In this document: positions 42,641 to 58,965 of the stretch, in pieces | Numbering within the stretch: the first letter of the stretch is position 1 | Layout of the letters: the number at the start of each line of letters is the position of its first letter | Assembly: GCF_009914755.1 (NCBI RefSeq) | Contig: NC_060928.1 | Source: the human T2T-CHM13v2.0 reference genome, Homo sapiens | Strand: one strand, 5' to 3' | Length of the DNA: 64,000 nt | Translations under genes and position numbers: made by a program | Notes under the pieces: generated by a model | The model's database searches: none | What the model saw: the letters and a program-made list of their open reading frames with translations, nothing else | Told to the model about the DNA's origin: nothing

Positions 42641-43932
42641 GCCATACATGGAGTGGGATTCTTCTCTGCGTGGTTTCATTTGTTTTGTAGGTCTAGAATA
42701 TTGTCATCTATTACCTGGTTAAATATGCTCTCATCTTCATTATCGCACTTGTCTTCTCCTGGAAACTCAGACAAACCTGTGTAATATCAAATCATTATAT
42801 GTTTTCTCTGGCTTTTAATCTCCTTTTTGCATACTTCAACTCAGAGTCTCCTTAAAATGTTGTTGCAGTGATGTTAACACTTCTAGTTATCTCTGTAAAA
42901 GTAAATTGACATGAATAATAAAAAACAATTGACAAAAATCAGAATGATGGCATAATTGAAGGTCCCTTTTTAAAGCTGCTTCTCATCATTCTAGTCATGA
43001 AGCATCCCGACTGTCCCAAGTGGAGGTGGCATGGGGGAGGGATGCTACTGAAAACCTTGTTTTATTGAATAGTCTGCAAGTATATATTATTACAGATTAT
43101 ATACATCTTATGTTTATATGAAAATCATGTATCTCTAAAAAGGCATTCTTCATTCATATCATATAATATTTTTACTATCATAGAGCAGTGTACCTGAATA
43201 GTACATAGCTCTAATAACCTAAAAATGGCCAAATGCAGTAGTCTTCTTCAATAACTAGAAGGCTACAGATCTAAGTACTTAACTTACATACTGAGTAATT
43301 ATTTTGGTCTCTCTTCCAGATTGGCAATTCTCTTTTAAGCTATATTTAATATGCTATTTAACCATTAATTTAATTTTCCTTTTAATATGTACATTTTTCA
43401 TTTCCTTTCCCCCCAGCTCTATTAAGGTATAATTGAGAAATAAAAATTATATACATTTACAGTATACAACACGATGTTTTGATATATGCAAGTACACATT
43501 GTGAAATAATTAAATTAAGATAATTAACATGTCCCTCTTCTCATATAATTATTATTTTTTGTGGTGAGAACATTTAAGATCTACTCTCTTGCAGTTTTCA
43601 AGACTACAATATATTATCATTAACTATAGTCACCACACTGTACAATACATCTCCAGAACTTATTTTCTTTGTCCAACACTTATATTCTTTGACCAACACC
43701 TCCTCATCCCATCCTCTGCCAGCCCCTGGCAACTACCATTTTACTCTCTGTTTCTATGATTTCAAATTTTTTAGATTCTACATATAAGTGAGATAATGCA
43801 GTATTTCTTTTTTTGTGCCTGCTTTATTTCATTTAGCATAATATCTTCTGGGTTCATCCATGTTTTTGCAAATGACAGTATTTTCTTCTTTTCTGTTTTA
43901 AGGCTGAATGGTATTCCATTGTGCATTTGTAA

Positions 43933-43983
<51 letters not shown>

Positions 43984-45191
43984 CAATTATATATCACTTA
44001 ATGACAGGGATATGTTCAGAGAAAAGTATAGTTAGGAAATTTTATCATTGTACAGAAATCATAAAGTGTACTGACACAAATCTACAGCCTACTAAATCCC
44101 TAGGCTATGTGGTATATTCTATTGCTCCTAGACTACTAACCTGTACAGGATGTCATTGTACCAAATACTATAGGCAATTATAACACAGTGGTAAGTATTA
44201 ATGTATCCCAACATATAAAAGTAGAAAAAGTACAGTAAAAATAAAGTATAAAATATAAAAATAGTATACTTTAATAGAAAACTTACCTTGAATGGAGAAT
44301 GGAGGACTGGAAGTTGACTCTGAGTGAGTCCACGAGTGAGTGGTGAGTGAATGTGAAGCTCTAGGACATTACCATATACCATTATAGACACTATAAGCAT
44401 TGTACATTTAGGCTATACTAAATTTGTTTTTAAACATTTTCTTTAGTGATAAATTAAACTTAGCTTACTTTGACTTTTACTTTATAAACTTTTTAATAAT
44501 TTTCAACTTTTTGACTCTTTAATAAAAACACTTAGCTTAAAACAAAAATATTTTACAGCTGTGCAAGAATATTTTTCTTTCTTTATATCCCTATTTTACA
44601 GACTTTTCATTATTTTTAAATTTTAAATTTCTCTTTTTCACTTTTTAAACTTTTTTTGGTAAAAACTAAGACACAAATACACACGAGCTTAGGCCAATAC
44701 CGGTCAGGATCATCAGTGTCACTGCCTTCCACCTCCAGGGCTCGTCTCCCTGGAAGTTCTTCAGGGACAATAACAGGCATAGAGCTGTGGTGTCCTATGC
44801 TAACAATGCCTTCTTTTGGAATACCACCAAGGGACCTGCCTGAGATCATTGTACCATTAATCTTTTCTTGTTTTTTAAGTAGAAGGAGTATACTCTAAAA
44901 CAACAACAAAAAGTTATAGTATGGTCAATAAATAAACAAGTAACATTTCATTTGTTATCATTATTAAGTGTTATGTATTGTATGTTACATGCCTTTTATG
45001 ACTGGTAGGCCTGTAGTAGGTTGTTTATGTCAGCTTCACCACAAACACATGAGGAATATGTTGTGTTCTGATGTTAAGACAACTATGATGTTCCTAGGCG
45101 ATAGGAATTTTTCAGCTTCATTATGATCCAATGGGACCACCATTGTATACGCGGTTCATTGTTAACAGAAACATCATTATGTGGCATGTGA

Positions 45192-45194
<3 letters not shown>
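43984..45194. mobile_element. Tigger3b (Golem_B) near full-length non-autonomous DNA transposon
   Basis: Degenerate TIRs (ta|caattatatatcacttaatgac ... cattatgtggcatgtgactg); inserted in a TA/TG tract. Confidence 0.85.
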
Positions 45195-45195
<1 letters not shown>

Positions 45196-45244
<49 letters not shown>

Positions 45245-46320
45245 CAACCTCAGTGCATTGATGGATGATGAACGGATAAAGAAAATATGGTATACGCATA
45301 CATACATACGTATATATATAAATGTATATATAATATATATTATATGTATGTATATACACACATACCTATATACATATGTATATACATATGTACGCATACA
45401 TACATATGTATATACATATGTACGCATACGTACATATGTATATACACACACGCATACATATGTATATACGTATATATATGCTTATATATACGCATATATG
45501 TATACGTATATATGCGTATATATGTATATATGTATATATGTATACGTATATATGCGTATATATGTATATATGTATATATGTATACGTATATATACACATA
45601 TATGTATATATGTATATATGTATATGTATATATACACATATGTATATATACACATATACATGTATATATACACATATATGTATATATGTATATATACGTA
45701 TATATGTATATATGTATATATACGTATATATGTATTATGTATACATACACATACACGTATATATGTATATACGTATACATACACATATACACATATATAT
45801 GTATATACGTATACATACACATATATGTATATACGTATACATACACATATGTGTGTATATACGTATACACACACATATGTGTATATACGTATACACACAC
45901 ATATGTGTATATATGGATATACGTATACATACACATATATGTATATATGGATATACGTATACATACACATATATGTATATATGGATATATACATATATAC
46001 GTATATATAAATACATATATACACATATATACACATACATACATACGTATATACATATGTACACATACATACATATGTATATACGTGTGTACATACATAC
46101 GTATGTATATACATATGTTACATACGTATGTATATACATATGTTACATACGTGTGTATATACATATGTTACATACGTGTGTATATACATATGTTGCATAC
46201 GTGTGTATATACATATGTTGCATACGTGTGTATATACATATGTTACATACGTGTGTATATACATATGTATGCATACATACGTATGTATATATGTATGTAT
46301 ATGCATATGTATGTATGTGT
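45196..46320. repeat. ~1.1-kb alternating purine-pyrimidine (TA/CA/TG) array, with a 25-bp unit x7 at 46096-46270
   Basis: Direct reading; unit catacgt(g/a)tgtatatacatatgtt(a/g). Confidence 0.95.
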
Positions 46321-46817
46321 ATACCATATTTATCCATTCATCATCTATCAACGCACTTAGGTTGGTTACATACCTCAACTGTTGTGAATAGTGCTTCAAT
46401 AAACATGAAGTGCAGATATCTCTTTGACATGCTGATTTTATTTCCCTTGGATGTATACCAGAAATGAGACTGCTAGACCGTATGGTAGTTCTGTTTTTAA
46501 TTTTTGAAGAATTCCATACTGTTATCCATCATGGCTGCACCAATTTACATTTCTACCAACAGTGAACACGCCTTCTGGCTTCTTTACATTTTGCCAACAC
46601 TTATCTTTTGTCCTTTTGATAGTAACTATTCTATTAATAATAACAGATGTGAGGCAATATCTCACTAGGAGGTTGACGGGGAGCTCAGCTCAGCACCAGA
46701 ATTCTAGTTGTCATATGAGGAAACAATAGCTAAGATTTACCTATCACTAACATCAGCAATCACACAACACCTGTATCACACAGAGGAAGTGATCTGTGAC
46801 CATCTGCACTATCTTAA

Positions 46818-47405
46818 TGTGGAGGAAAAGTTAAATATTAGATTTGAACTCAATTGAACATGGACACAAACAATGGTTACCAAGTCCCAGAACAGGTTGT
46901 GTGAACACCTTGAGGTGTTCATTCAGAGCTGTTTTGGAGAAATCTCTATTTCAATCTATTCCTATACGTTAGTTATTGAAAAACAATAGACAATCACAAA
47001 AAACAAGTTGACTTTTTGTGTTCCTTGAGCCCAGTCACAAAGGGCCCTCGTAACTGGACCTCATGCCAAACAACTCGTTACAAAAAGAGATAGGGTCCCA
47101 GACTGTGCCAAAGCTTCATGACACCTCTCCTCATCTGTAAACAGACGAGTGACCGACTCTGGAGCCCAGGCTGTTGCTTCCCGGTCTAGTGGTGAATCCT
47201 CCATAGTCTGGTGAGTGTAAATATCTTTTCCCTTCTCTCCTTCCCATTGCAATTTGCTTATTATATCAATCTATTTATTATATATTATTATATCATTTGC
47301 TTATTATACCTGCATTGCCATTTACATGGGATAAAGATTGTTTACCCTTAAAGGTATTGTGTTTGTGTCTTTTCTTCTCCCCTCGTGCGTTGCCCACACA
47401 GAACA
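46818..47405 (+). mobile_element. solo LTR, PRIMA4_LTR-like (ERV1)
   Basis: tgtggaggaaaagttaaat ... cacagaaca; flanks cttaa/cttat; family name from memory. Confidence 0.65.
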
Positions 47406-49046
47406 CTTATTCACATAAGATAATCCCAATCCCTACCTCTTTTGCCATATAAAAAAATTTCGATAGGCCAGTGAAATTAAATTTAGGAACTGGAGGAAAA
47501 GGAGCAAAAAGATAGTTGAAGAGAGAAGGGACATCTTGTTGAAGTTACCTTGAACCAAACAGTGACCGTGAATATAACAATTTGAGTCAGGCCAGAAAAT
47601 AAATGAATAAATCAAACACTATATCTAAATTTTCTGATTATCTTAATTTTTCTTACCTCTGACAAGAAAGAATGAGCTTGTGTTTTTATGTCAAAGAAAA
47701 GTGTTTCAGTTACTAAAAGAAAGCAGGTTTTATATTTGTATATAGTTTATTGTTGAATGCACAGTTCACAGCCTCTGTTGAAAAATTCGATCCTATAGAA
47801 AAAGTTGTCACTCAATTTGTAATGTGGACAGGAAAACTTTTTTTTCACAGAAAACTTGTATTGCCAGGATCCTCTATGTTCCATGTAGCTTGATTTTTTT
47901 TATAAAGATCAACTAACACTGCTTAAGCACAAATGTGGTATATATTGTGTTAGAATTATATATAAATCAAGTAGCACAGACAGAGCAAAAACAACATGTA
48001 ATACAATAGATTTCTTTATTTGAGATGTAATTTTCCTGATAAAATTGCTATGCTTCATTTCCAGCAATATATTTAACTCAAGTAGCATAAAACCAGGGAA
48101 TGTCAGAAAGCTGCCGATTCTCCAGAGAAAGGGGCTCATCTTATTAAGCAATGCAACTGTGACAATGTGTAGGATATTTCTCAATTAATTTTCTTTTTCT
48201 GATAAGGTATTCTATACATTGGGGAACATGATATGTGTGAAGGTTTCTCAATAGCATTACTGAAAATTGATTTATGACAGACAGAATCAAGATCATGGGG
48301 CCCCCAAACAGCCTCTTGGAAGAGTGATTTTCCAACATGAAATAAAAGTAAGATGATTCAAAAAATTCATCAGAGAACACCCTATGTGTAATGAATGTCT
48401 CAGGAGCCTTAGCCAGCTAAAAATCCAATCTATTTTCTTTAGAAGAGATTAGAAAATCTCTAAACAACTCAAGCCACCTGCATCACTATTTGAAATGAAA
48501 TAAAGAAGTTTCAATTGTTTAACATTATTTAGGCTCCAGGTACTTGTACTAAACTTCAGTAAGAGAAAAGACTCTCAAAAATAGAATGCATAAAATGTTA
48601 AATGCATAAAATGCATAAAAAGACTCCCAAAAATAGAATGCATAAAACGTTAAATAAGACACAGATTTTTGTGAAGGAAGTTACCTTTATTATTGCTCTC
48701 CAATTTTTAAAGGTTTAAGTTGTGCTGTTTGAAGACTCTGAACTAGGAAGATAAAAATCAACATCATTTGAATAAGTAACAACACCTATATCGTGCTGAC
48801 TTGCCTTCCTTCATTTTCAGTTACATCAGGATTTCCTCATATTAGTCTTCTTTGTATGCTGACCTATATTCTCTACTTGATTTAAAGTAGATAGCTTACA
48901 TTATGTAACGGCTAGATTTAAAGTAGTCGCCTTACGTTATGTAGTGGTTGTTAAATTCAATTGAATTTGACCTAAAGTGGCCTCTATATGTAGTGAACTA
49001 CAACTTAACTTAGTATGTAAACTAACTGCAACTTAAGAGTATATTC

Positions 49047-49570
49047 AAAACCACAGTAAGATGCCATCTCACACAAGTCAGAATGGTTATTATTAAAAAG
49101 TCAAAAAATAGCAGGTGCTGGCGAGATTGCAGAGAAAATGGAACACTTATATACTGTTGGTGGGAGGGTAAATTAGTTCAGCCATGTGGAAGGCAGTGTG
49201 GTGAGTTCTCAAAGACCTAAAGACAGAAAAACCATTCGACCCAGCAATCTCATTACTGGGTATATATCCAAAGGAATATAAATTATTCTACTATAAACAC
49301 ACATGCATGCATATGTTCATTGCAGCACTATTCACAATAGCAAAGACATGGAATCCACCTAAATACCCATCAAGACTGGATAAAGGAAATGTTGCACATA
49401 TACATCATGGAATACTATGCAACCATGAAAAAGAATGAGATCATATCCTTTGCAAGAACGTGGATGGAGCTGGAGGCCACTGTCCTTAGAAAATTAACAC
49501 AGGAACGGAAAACCAAGTACTGCATGTTATCACTTGTAAGTGGGAGCTAAATGATGAGAACACGTAGACA
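49047..49570 (+). mobile_element. L1PA ORF2 end/3' UTR fragment lacking its tail
   Basis: ccattcgacccagcaatctcattactggg; stops at atgatgagaacacgtagaca. Confidence 0.88.
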
Positions 49571-49756
49571 AATTTTCTCAAAAGTCTTAAAAATTTAGAT
49601 TCAAAATATCAAACTTTAACATTTCTCTTCTTTATACTTATTAATAGATTATAAGAAATTTAGCCTCACTTATATTAAATATATGGATTACTAAGGATGA
49701 CAGTGTATTCATGTATTATCATTATACATAGAATATTATAAGAATCATATGAAAGA

Positions 49757-50091
<335 letters not shown>

Positions 50092-50369
50092 TCAACTTTT
50101 AACATATTTTACCATAGAGCAACTTATACATGTGTGGTTAATTATGAAATAATCTGGTTTTATCAAAACGATCCCTCATCAAATTAAATGTTATAAAATT
50201 TCCTATGAAATTTTATGAATTTCATTAAATTCCTATGAATTTAATTTACATGAATTATAAGCTATACTAATAATGCAAGCCAAAAAGGAACCCTGATGAT
50301 AAAGTCAAAAATTCTTCTAATATGAGAAATGTTTTAGTCTGCTACAAAAAATGTGGTCTTACATATATT

Positions 50370-50680
50370 CTTTTCTTTTCTTGTTTTTTTGAGACAGAGT
50401 CTTGCTCTGTCACCCAGGCTGGAGTGCACTGACACCCTCTGGGCTCACTGCAACCTCTGCCTCCCAGGTTCAAGCAATTCTCCTGCCTTCCAACTACCTG
50501 GGACTACAGGCACGTGCCACCACGCCTGGCTTTTTTTTTTTTTTTTTTTTTTTTAGTAGAGACAGGGTTTCACCTTGTTGGCCAGGCTGGTCTCGAACTC
50601 CTGACCCCAGGTGATCCACCTGCCTGGGCCTCCCAAAGTGCTAGTATTACATATTACAGGCATGAGTCACCATGCCCAGC
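50370..50680 (-). mobile_element. Alu (AluSx-type)
   Basis: Reverse Alu; TSD acat(a/t)tatt. Confidence 0.93.
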
Positions 50681-52064
50681 CACATTTATTATTTTCAGTG
50701 TTGATTGTTAACCCAAGTAAATAGTGTGCTTTAATTTATCAGCCAGTACTTCTATAAAAGCATAATCTTTAGCAAAACCCATTACTGCTATTAAGTCTTT
50801 ATCATATTGTTTTAAAAGCCAGTTCATTTATTTGTTTAGGTAAGATATTCACATAGTTTAAAAAACTATACAAAGTTATTAAAGAGATTTCTCAACTCTA
50901 CATCTGTCCTTATTCAACAGTTCTTAATGTTTTTGCCATTTTCTGGTGTATCTTTCAGGGGTGCTTTTCAAAAAGAGTTTTCTTTTGTATCTTTTCAGGG
51001 TTTCTCTAGCCTATATAATATGTATAATTTGAATATAAAATTATCTATATTCTGTCTCACTCTCTCTGTCTCAAAATCACAAGTGATAGCACACTTGGTA
51101 GTTTCTTAGGTACTTGGTTTTCCTCTTAAACATTTTCTGAGTTCCAATGTTAGCCTGGTGATGTGGAGAGCTGGACAGGGCATGACTTTCATGCTTAAAT
51201 CTAGAGAAAAACTAGATAAACTGAAAATTAAATTTGCCTTGAAAGCATTATAGAACTAAGGTCAAAGGGAAAACAACTTTCGACAGTTCTAGAGAAAGAG
51301 ACATGGCTATGGGGAGAAATAGGACTAGATCCATTGCTTACCTGGGACAGGCATTGCCAAACTCATTACTGTCTAGTGGAGAATTGTTATGAATTGCTAA
51401 AGGCTGAATGTGGGTTTGCATGAGACTATGAACCCCCAGAGGTTGCAGAAATAGGAGTGTTCACAATTTTTTGTAGGCTTTTCTTCCAGGAGCCCTCCCA
51501 GGCACTCACAGGAAGATAGGGGAGTATCCTGAGAAAGCTTCCCTTGTGCAGCTAGCAAAGGGAGAGCCCTACCATCCCTCTCAAAACACCCAGACTCAAC
51601 TCCCTGATCTCCTATACAGAGAAAACAAAACCTAATTTGCAGGGAGTTGGTAAAAACAAACAAGAAACAAAAAACCTGTAGCACGAGGGCAGTAGTGGAA
51701 ACCCACTGAAGCTGAAGAAGGGAAATAGGTGTGGAAGGCAAGGGGAGGGAAGCTAGAAACTACCAATGTGTGTGGGGAAGGAAAGCAGTCCAGGCCCAGC
51801 ACTGGGTCTGGATGCACATGGAAGGCAGGCCACTCGGCCAGTGTTCACCGTTCCTTCTTGAGACTGAGGTTAACTAGAACATTAAAAAATACCCATTTCC
51901 CACATTCCCCCTACCACACCAGGGTTGAGTAAAAATAACTGAATCACACAGGTGGGAAACCGGCAAGAATAGGCTCTCTGGAGACAAAAACAAAGAAAAC
52001 ATCAGAAATCAAAGTCAAAGTTAGAAATAGACATAAGCTATCACTAGAGAAATTGAAAGCCTCT

Positions 52065-52290
52065 GGTGACTATAATTAATAAGATTGTATTATATGCCTG
52101 AAAATTGCTAAGACAGTAGATTTTAAATGTTCTCACCACAAAAATAAGAGATAACAATGTAAGGTGATAGAAACGTTGATTAGCTTGATTATGGTAAGAA
52201 TTTCACAATATATACATGTATCAAAACATCATGTTGTATACTAAAAATATATATAATTATGTTTATGTGTTAATTATACTTCAATTTTTT
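52065..52290 (+). mobile_element. L1MA/L1MB 3' end
   Basis: aaaattgctaagacagtagattttaaatgttctcaccaca. Confidence 0.75.
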
Positions 52291-53744
52291 AAAAAAGTAT
52301 ATATTAGAAAAGAATCAAACAAAAATATGAAGTAAAAGTGAAATATAACTTGTCAATCAAAAACAAAAAATTCACTGCAGCCAACACAACCTATTCTACA
52401 AGAAATATTCAGAAAGCTTTTTGCATGGAGATTCTGATATAGGTCAGAAACTTAGAAATACAGAAAGAAATATAGAGCATTGAAAATGGAATAAATAGAG
52501 GTAAATAAGTTGTTTCATTATTAATAATTTTTTAAAGATGACTGAGTGTTTAAAGCAATATAATAAGAGTAACCATGCATTGTGTGCTTATATAAGATAT
52601 CAAAGTGGAATGTATGGCCATGATTCCACAAGAGAAGAGATGAAGAAATTGGAAACATATTGCCTTACACGTGAAGCCATATAATATTATTCAAAAGGGG
52701 CTCAGATCATTTTTAAATGCACATTTTAAAGCACAGGAGAAATGACTAACACATAGGCAATAGAAAAAATGAAATGAAATAGGAAATAATGGCCGTTTAA
52801 ACACAGAGAAGAAAGAAAATGATTAAACAATCAATAAAACAAATAAGAAAGGCTAGCTAGTTTTAAATACAAATATATTTAAAACTACCAACTTAGTTTG
52901 AACATAAACAGGCCACAGGCATTTGCTGCCAAATCTATTCTCAGGGTGTGGAGAGTTGTTGAAATGTCAGAATCATGGCACCTTTCAAAAATACACAAAT
53001 AGGCTCCATCTGAAGATTGTCCAGCATATGTTTTGGTTTGTTCTTCTGCAATAGGGTAAAGCAACACAATTTTCGAGATACAAAATTTAAGAATTACAAA
53101 ATATGAACAGGTCAGAATAACTCAAATGATCATAGTACTATCGCAGAATCTGCAGCAGGTGCTTTTCTTAACTGTAGACATGAACTACCTGGCACTGTAC
53201 AACTTTGTGTTGCTTCAGACACACTGCTTTTTACACACCTCAGTGATTTTATATTCTGACTGTAACCATTATTTTGGGGATAACTATTTTTAGTTTTATA
53301 ATAACGCCAAAGGAAGCACATATACTCTAGAGAATACTGATGATTCAGGATAATATTGCTCCTGACCCCTCGACCCCTACACTGCCACTCAAACACAAAC
53401 TTACAGTACACTTTATTAATACCCTGATCTATAAACAGTATCCTAATATTGCAAAGAAAGAAGAAAACTTCTCTGTAATTTTGTCAATTTCAGAGTCATT
53501 ACTCCATTTCTGCACTTTGCTCTTCTTTAGGATACAATCCCTTTGAGATCGCTAGTTTTTACTCTTAGCTGGAAATTCAGTACATGTGATCATTTTCCTT
53601 GTATAGAGCTGAACACAGCAATTGTGAGAGATAAGCTGAGGGTCAAAGGATTACAGTAGTGATAATGCGTTTGTATACGTGGGTCTTAAGCAGTGCCGCT
53701 GGTGGGGGCTGTGGGGCTTTGGAGAGGGCAAAGATAGTTTTTTC

Positions 53745-54124
53745 TTCTTACTTCTATTCTCTGCTGTCTTGTGCCCTGGGAGGCTGATATCTGTATGCGG
53801 CGTCATTCAGCCTTCCTTGCATTTCACTTTTCATGAAGTTTGGCCAATGGAAATCACTAGCTAGAAAACAGAGAACATTCTATTTCTTAACTGTGGCTCC
53901 AGCTCTGGTTCGGTATCCTCACACCCTCAACTGTGACTCTTGCCAGATTCTTAATAATCTTGTAACAGCTTGTAATCACTCCACTGGTGTAAACCCTAGA
54001 TACCTCACCATCATTTGTTGTTTCATTTAATTATTCCTCTACCTCTGGAAATAGTTCCTTTGTTAAACTTTTTTCATTTATTTTCTCAAATGGACTATTT
54101 CATGCTGAAAGTCTGCAAGATACA
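53745..54124 (+). mobile_element. LTR33-like ERVL LTR (putative 5' LTR)
   Basis: gtgccctgggaggctga...tttggccaatgg; ends gataca. Confidence 0.55.
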
Positions 54125-54218
54125 GTAACTGGTACCAGCAGAGATCCCAAGAAACGTACCCTCAAACCAACATTCTGGTGTTCGGTTAGTCACATATGTC
54201 AAGTGTACCTATAACCTC

Positions 54219-54931
<713 letters not shown>

Positions 54932-56899
54932 ACCTCCTAATCAGAGAGAAATGAGGCACTGGTAATCTGTGGCATTTGGTAGCATAGCAATTGCTCAGTG
55001 GTAGCATGAATTGGACTGCAGGTTGAGGTTGTCAAGTGATTTGTGGAACTTGGCAATTACAATCATTGTGGGGTAGGCTGGATAATTCCAGATCCCTGAA
55101 TATAACTTTCAAAAATGCACAAAGACTAATCAAAACACTTGAATTGCCAACCATGAGCAGATGGAAAACTTAAAAATCCTCAATTGTTGTTTTAAATAAA
55201 ATTTTTTCTCATCTGAGATCTAGAAGATGCCTGTTTCAAGAACTACACAGTTAGAACATTAATTGAATGTACCACCTCAACTACTGTCTTATGCTAAGAT
55301 ATATACTATTGGGAATGAGCAAGGTACATGCGAATAGAAATAAAAGAGACTGAAAATTTTAAACTTTCACATTCTCCAAAAGCTTCCCTGACAGAACTGC
55401 AGTTCCTCTCATCAATACTCTTTAACTTTCATGAGATTTACCAATACCTTCAAGAGGGCCTGGTGCCACCCAAGGGGATAAGGATACTCCTCAGGATGTA
55501 CCATCACCATCGTTCTTTCTCTTCAAGACCATGATAAAAGGTAGATCCATATGGAGAAGTACAAGCTTGTTCTGGGAGGAGATAGCTTTTATTCAAAAGG
55601 AGTTGCCATATCCTGCCAATTTATAGCACAAAGTTTATGAGGAACAGGTATGGATGGATTTTTAAGAGTGTTAGATCAGGACAAATGTTGAACCATGAAG
55701 ATTTGATCAAGCTGAAGTTGTTGATACGTGTACTTTCTCTCAGAATATGAAATTTAGTAATTTGGCTTGGGCACCTGAGAAAAGTGTTATAAGTCTGCTA
55801 GGCTGATCAATTAAAGCCTGAATTCAACTGTGTTCTACAATTAATGAAATAGAAATCCTCTTACTTTTCTAGCATACTTAAAGAAAGTACACAAAAGGCT
55901 CAGGGAGGTAAGCCTAGCAAGTAACTCTGTTATATGCAAACTGCTCAGACACCATTTACTGTATTAACTGGAGATACTCAGAGGACATTCCATTTATCAA
56001 GATATTAAGAGGCAGGGAGGGGAGTAAGCCCAAGATGAGGTTGCTTCTCTATTCAAGTAGTCACTACACTATTGATAATTCAACAAGCTGTATATTTTGA
56101 TTGGTATGTTTATTCATTTGTATGCTATAGGTTTATGAAAATGTTAACATGTGTTAGTGAGGGAAGCACACACATCCTTGAATACACAATTTGGTGACTG
56201 TCCTCTGAGGCCTGTGACAATGGTGAAGGAAGTCTCAATGGAATTGGATTTTATTATTTTAGTGGGGATAATAAGATCCCAACAGGAATAAATCTAACAT
56301 AATTAGCATGATATGCTACTGCAAACCTGTGGTAACCAGATGGCCCTGGCATGCTGCAATCCATGGATAATTGATGACAAGGTCCCTATGAATGAGATAG
56401 CTGGACAGCCTTCTAAGGGGTTGTTTGGCCAATGCATCTCATAATGTCTAGGTCTGTTTGGCCAAAACTCAACTTGAGTTAAACTAGTGTGGATTCTCAG
56501 CCAGTAATAATAAGAATGCACTATGAATAATTCTCACAGCTCACTCAGAGACCTGGGGAAAATAATTTTCTCAAATATTTCAAGGGTTATTTCATACTGT
56601 CAGTGGACTCCACAAGTTCCTGGGGGCACAAATCACCATTAAGATAAGAGTAGGTACTTAGGGGGGTCAGGTGATATAATAGAATCTTGACCTAAGCCTG
56701 AAAAAAAAATTGCAAAACTGATGACAGAAAAGGACAGAAAAAAATACGTAAATGGTCTTATTATAATGGGTAAAAATTATGAACATATTCATATTTTGTG
56801 TAAAAGTCCACCCAAAAGCATCTGCCAAAGGAGAGGCTTTCAACAATCACGTGATCAAAAGGGTTACTTTAATATCCATGTACTCAAAGGCACTGAAAG

Positions 56900-58190
<1,291 letters not shown>

Positions 58191-58454
58191 TTCATTGTCT
58201 TTTTAAACATTAATTATTTATTCATCCTATATTATTGTCCCAGATACCTCATAATCAAAACCCTTGAGATAACCAATGTTTTGACTTCGATTCTTGGAGG
58301 ATTATGACTGAATTGGCATCACCTCTCAGTAACATTTTGAATATGATTTTGTGATTCACCAGTGTTGGCAATAGTTTGTTGTTGTTACTGTTTGTTCTTT
58401 TTTTCTCTATATGAAAGACAATTATTGGTGTTCAGAGAAAAAAGAATAGACTTT

Positions 58455-58965
58455 CCTAGGTTTGTTCTGTTTGGCCCTTCATCTGTGTTCACAGAACTTC
58501 AGCAATCTTCTGCTGCACCAGGAAACTAGTCCCTAGGGCCTCAATCACTGGACTCTTGTCTTCTGGTTTTTTGGCAATGAGTAGCCTCAGCAACAAATAA
58601 TAGAACAGGAGAATTCAGAAGTCAGAGTATTTTTTCCCTTTCTACTTATGTGGCAGGCCATGATTTGGCAGAGTTTGTGCTCCTATAATTATGGTCATAT
58701 ATACTGCTCAGTGGACTTTCCTCTATGACACCGTATCTCATTAGGCCCTGGAATACCATTTCCTTCCCTTACCAATTCAGACCTAAGGGTGGCAACAACT
58801 TCTCACTATTGCTAGTCCCTGGTGATTCTTGCTTCATCATCCTTTACTATTCTTTTAACTCTGTCCACACTGCTCTTAATAGTCCACTTGTGAAATGTCT
58901 TCATTTATCTCTGGTAATATATTATGTTTTGATTGTCAAGACTCAGACTGACCCTGACTGATTCA
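58455..58965 (+). mobile_element. LTR33-like ERVL LTR (putative 3' LTR)
   Basis: cagacctaagggtggcaacaacttctcactattgctagtccctgg; ends gaccctgactgattca. Confidence 0.65.

Larger units (their letters stand above)
43405..46667 (-). mobile_element. L1MA 3' region, split by Tigger3b and the RY array (L1 parts 43405-43940 and 46320-46667)
   Basis: gtggtgagaacatttaagatctactctctt; resumes at ccatatttatccattcatc. Confidence 0.8.

Noticed and set aside
46096-46270. Regular 25-bp repeats as a CRISPR-like array
   Set aside because: Head-to-tail with no spacers; human minisatellite
45083-46467. Long ORFs up to 363 aa rich in Y/I/H/M/C/T/V
   Set aside because: Artefact: alternating purine-pyrimidine repeats cannot form stop codons, so frames stay open
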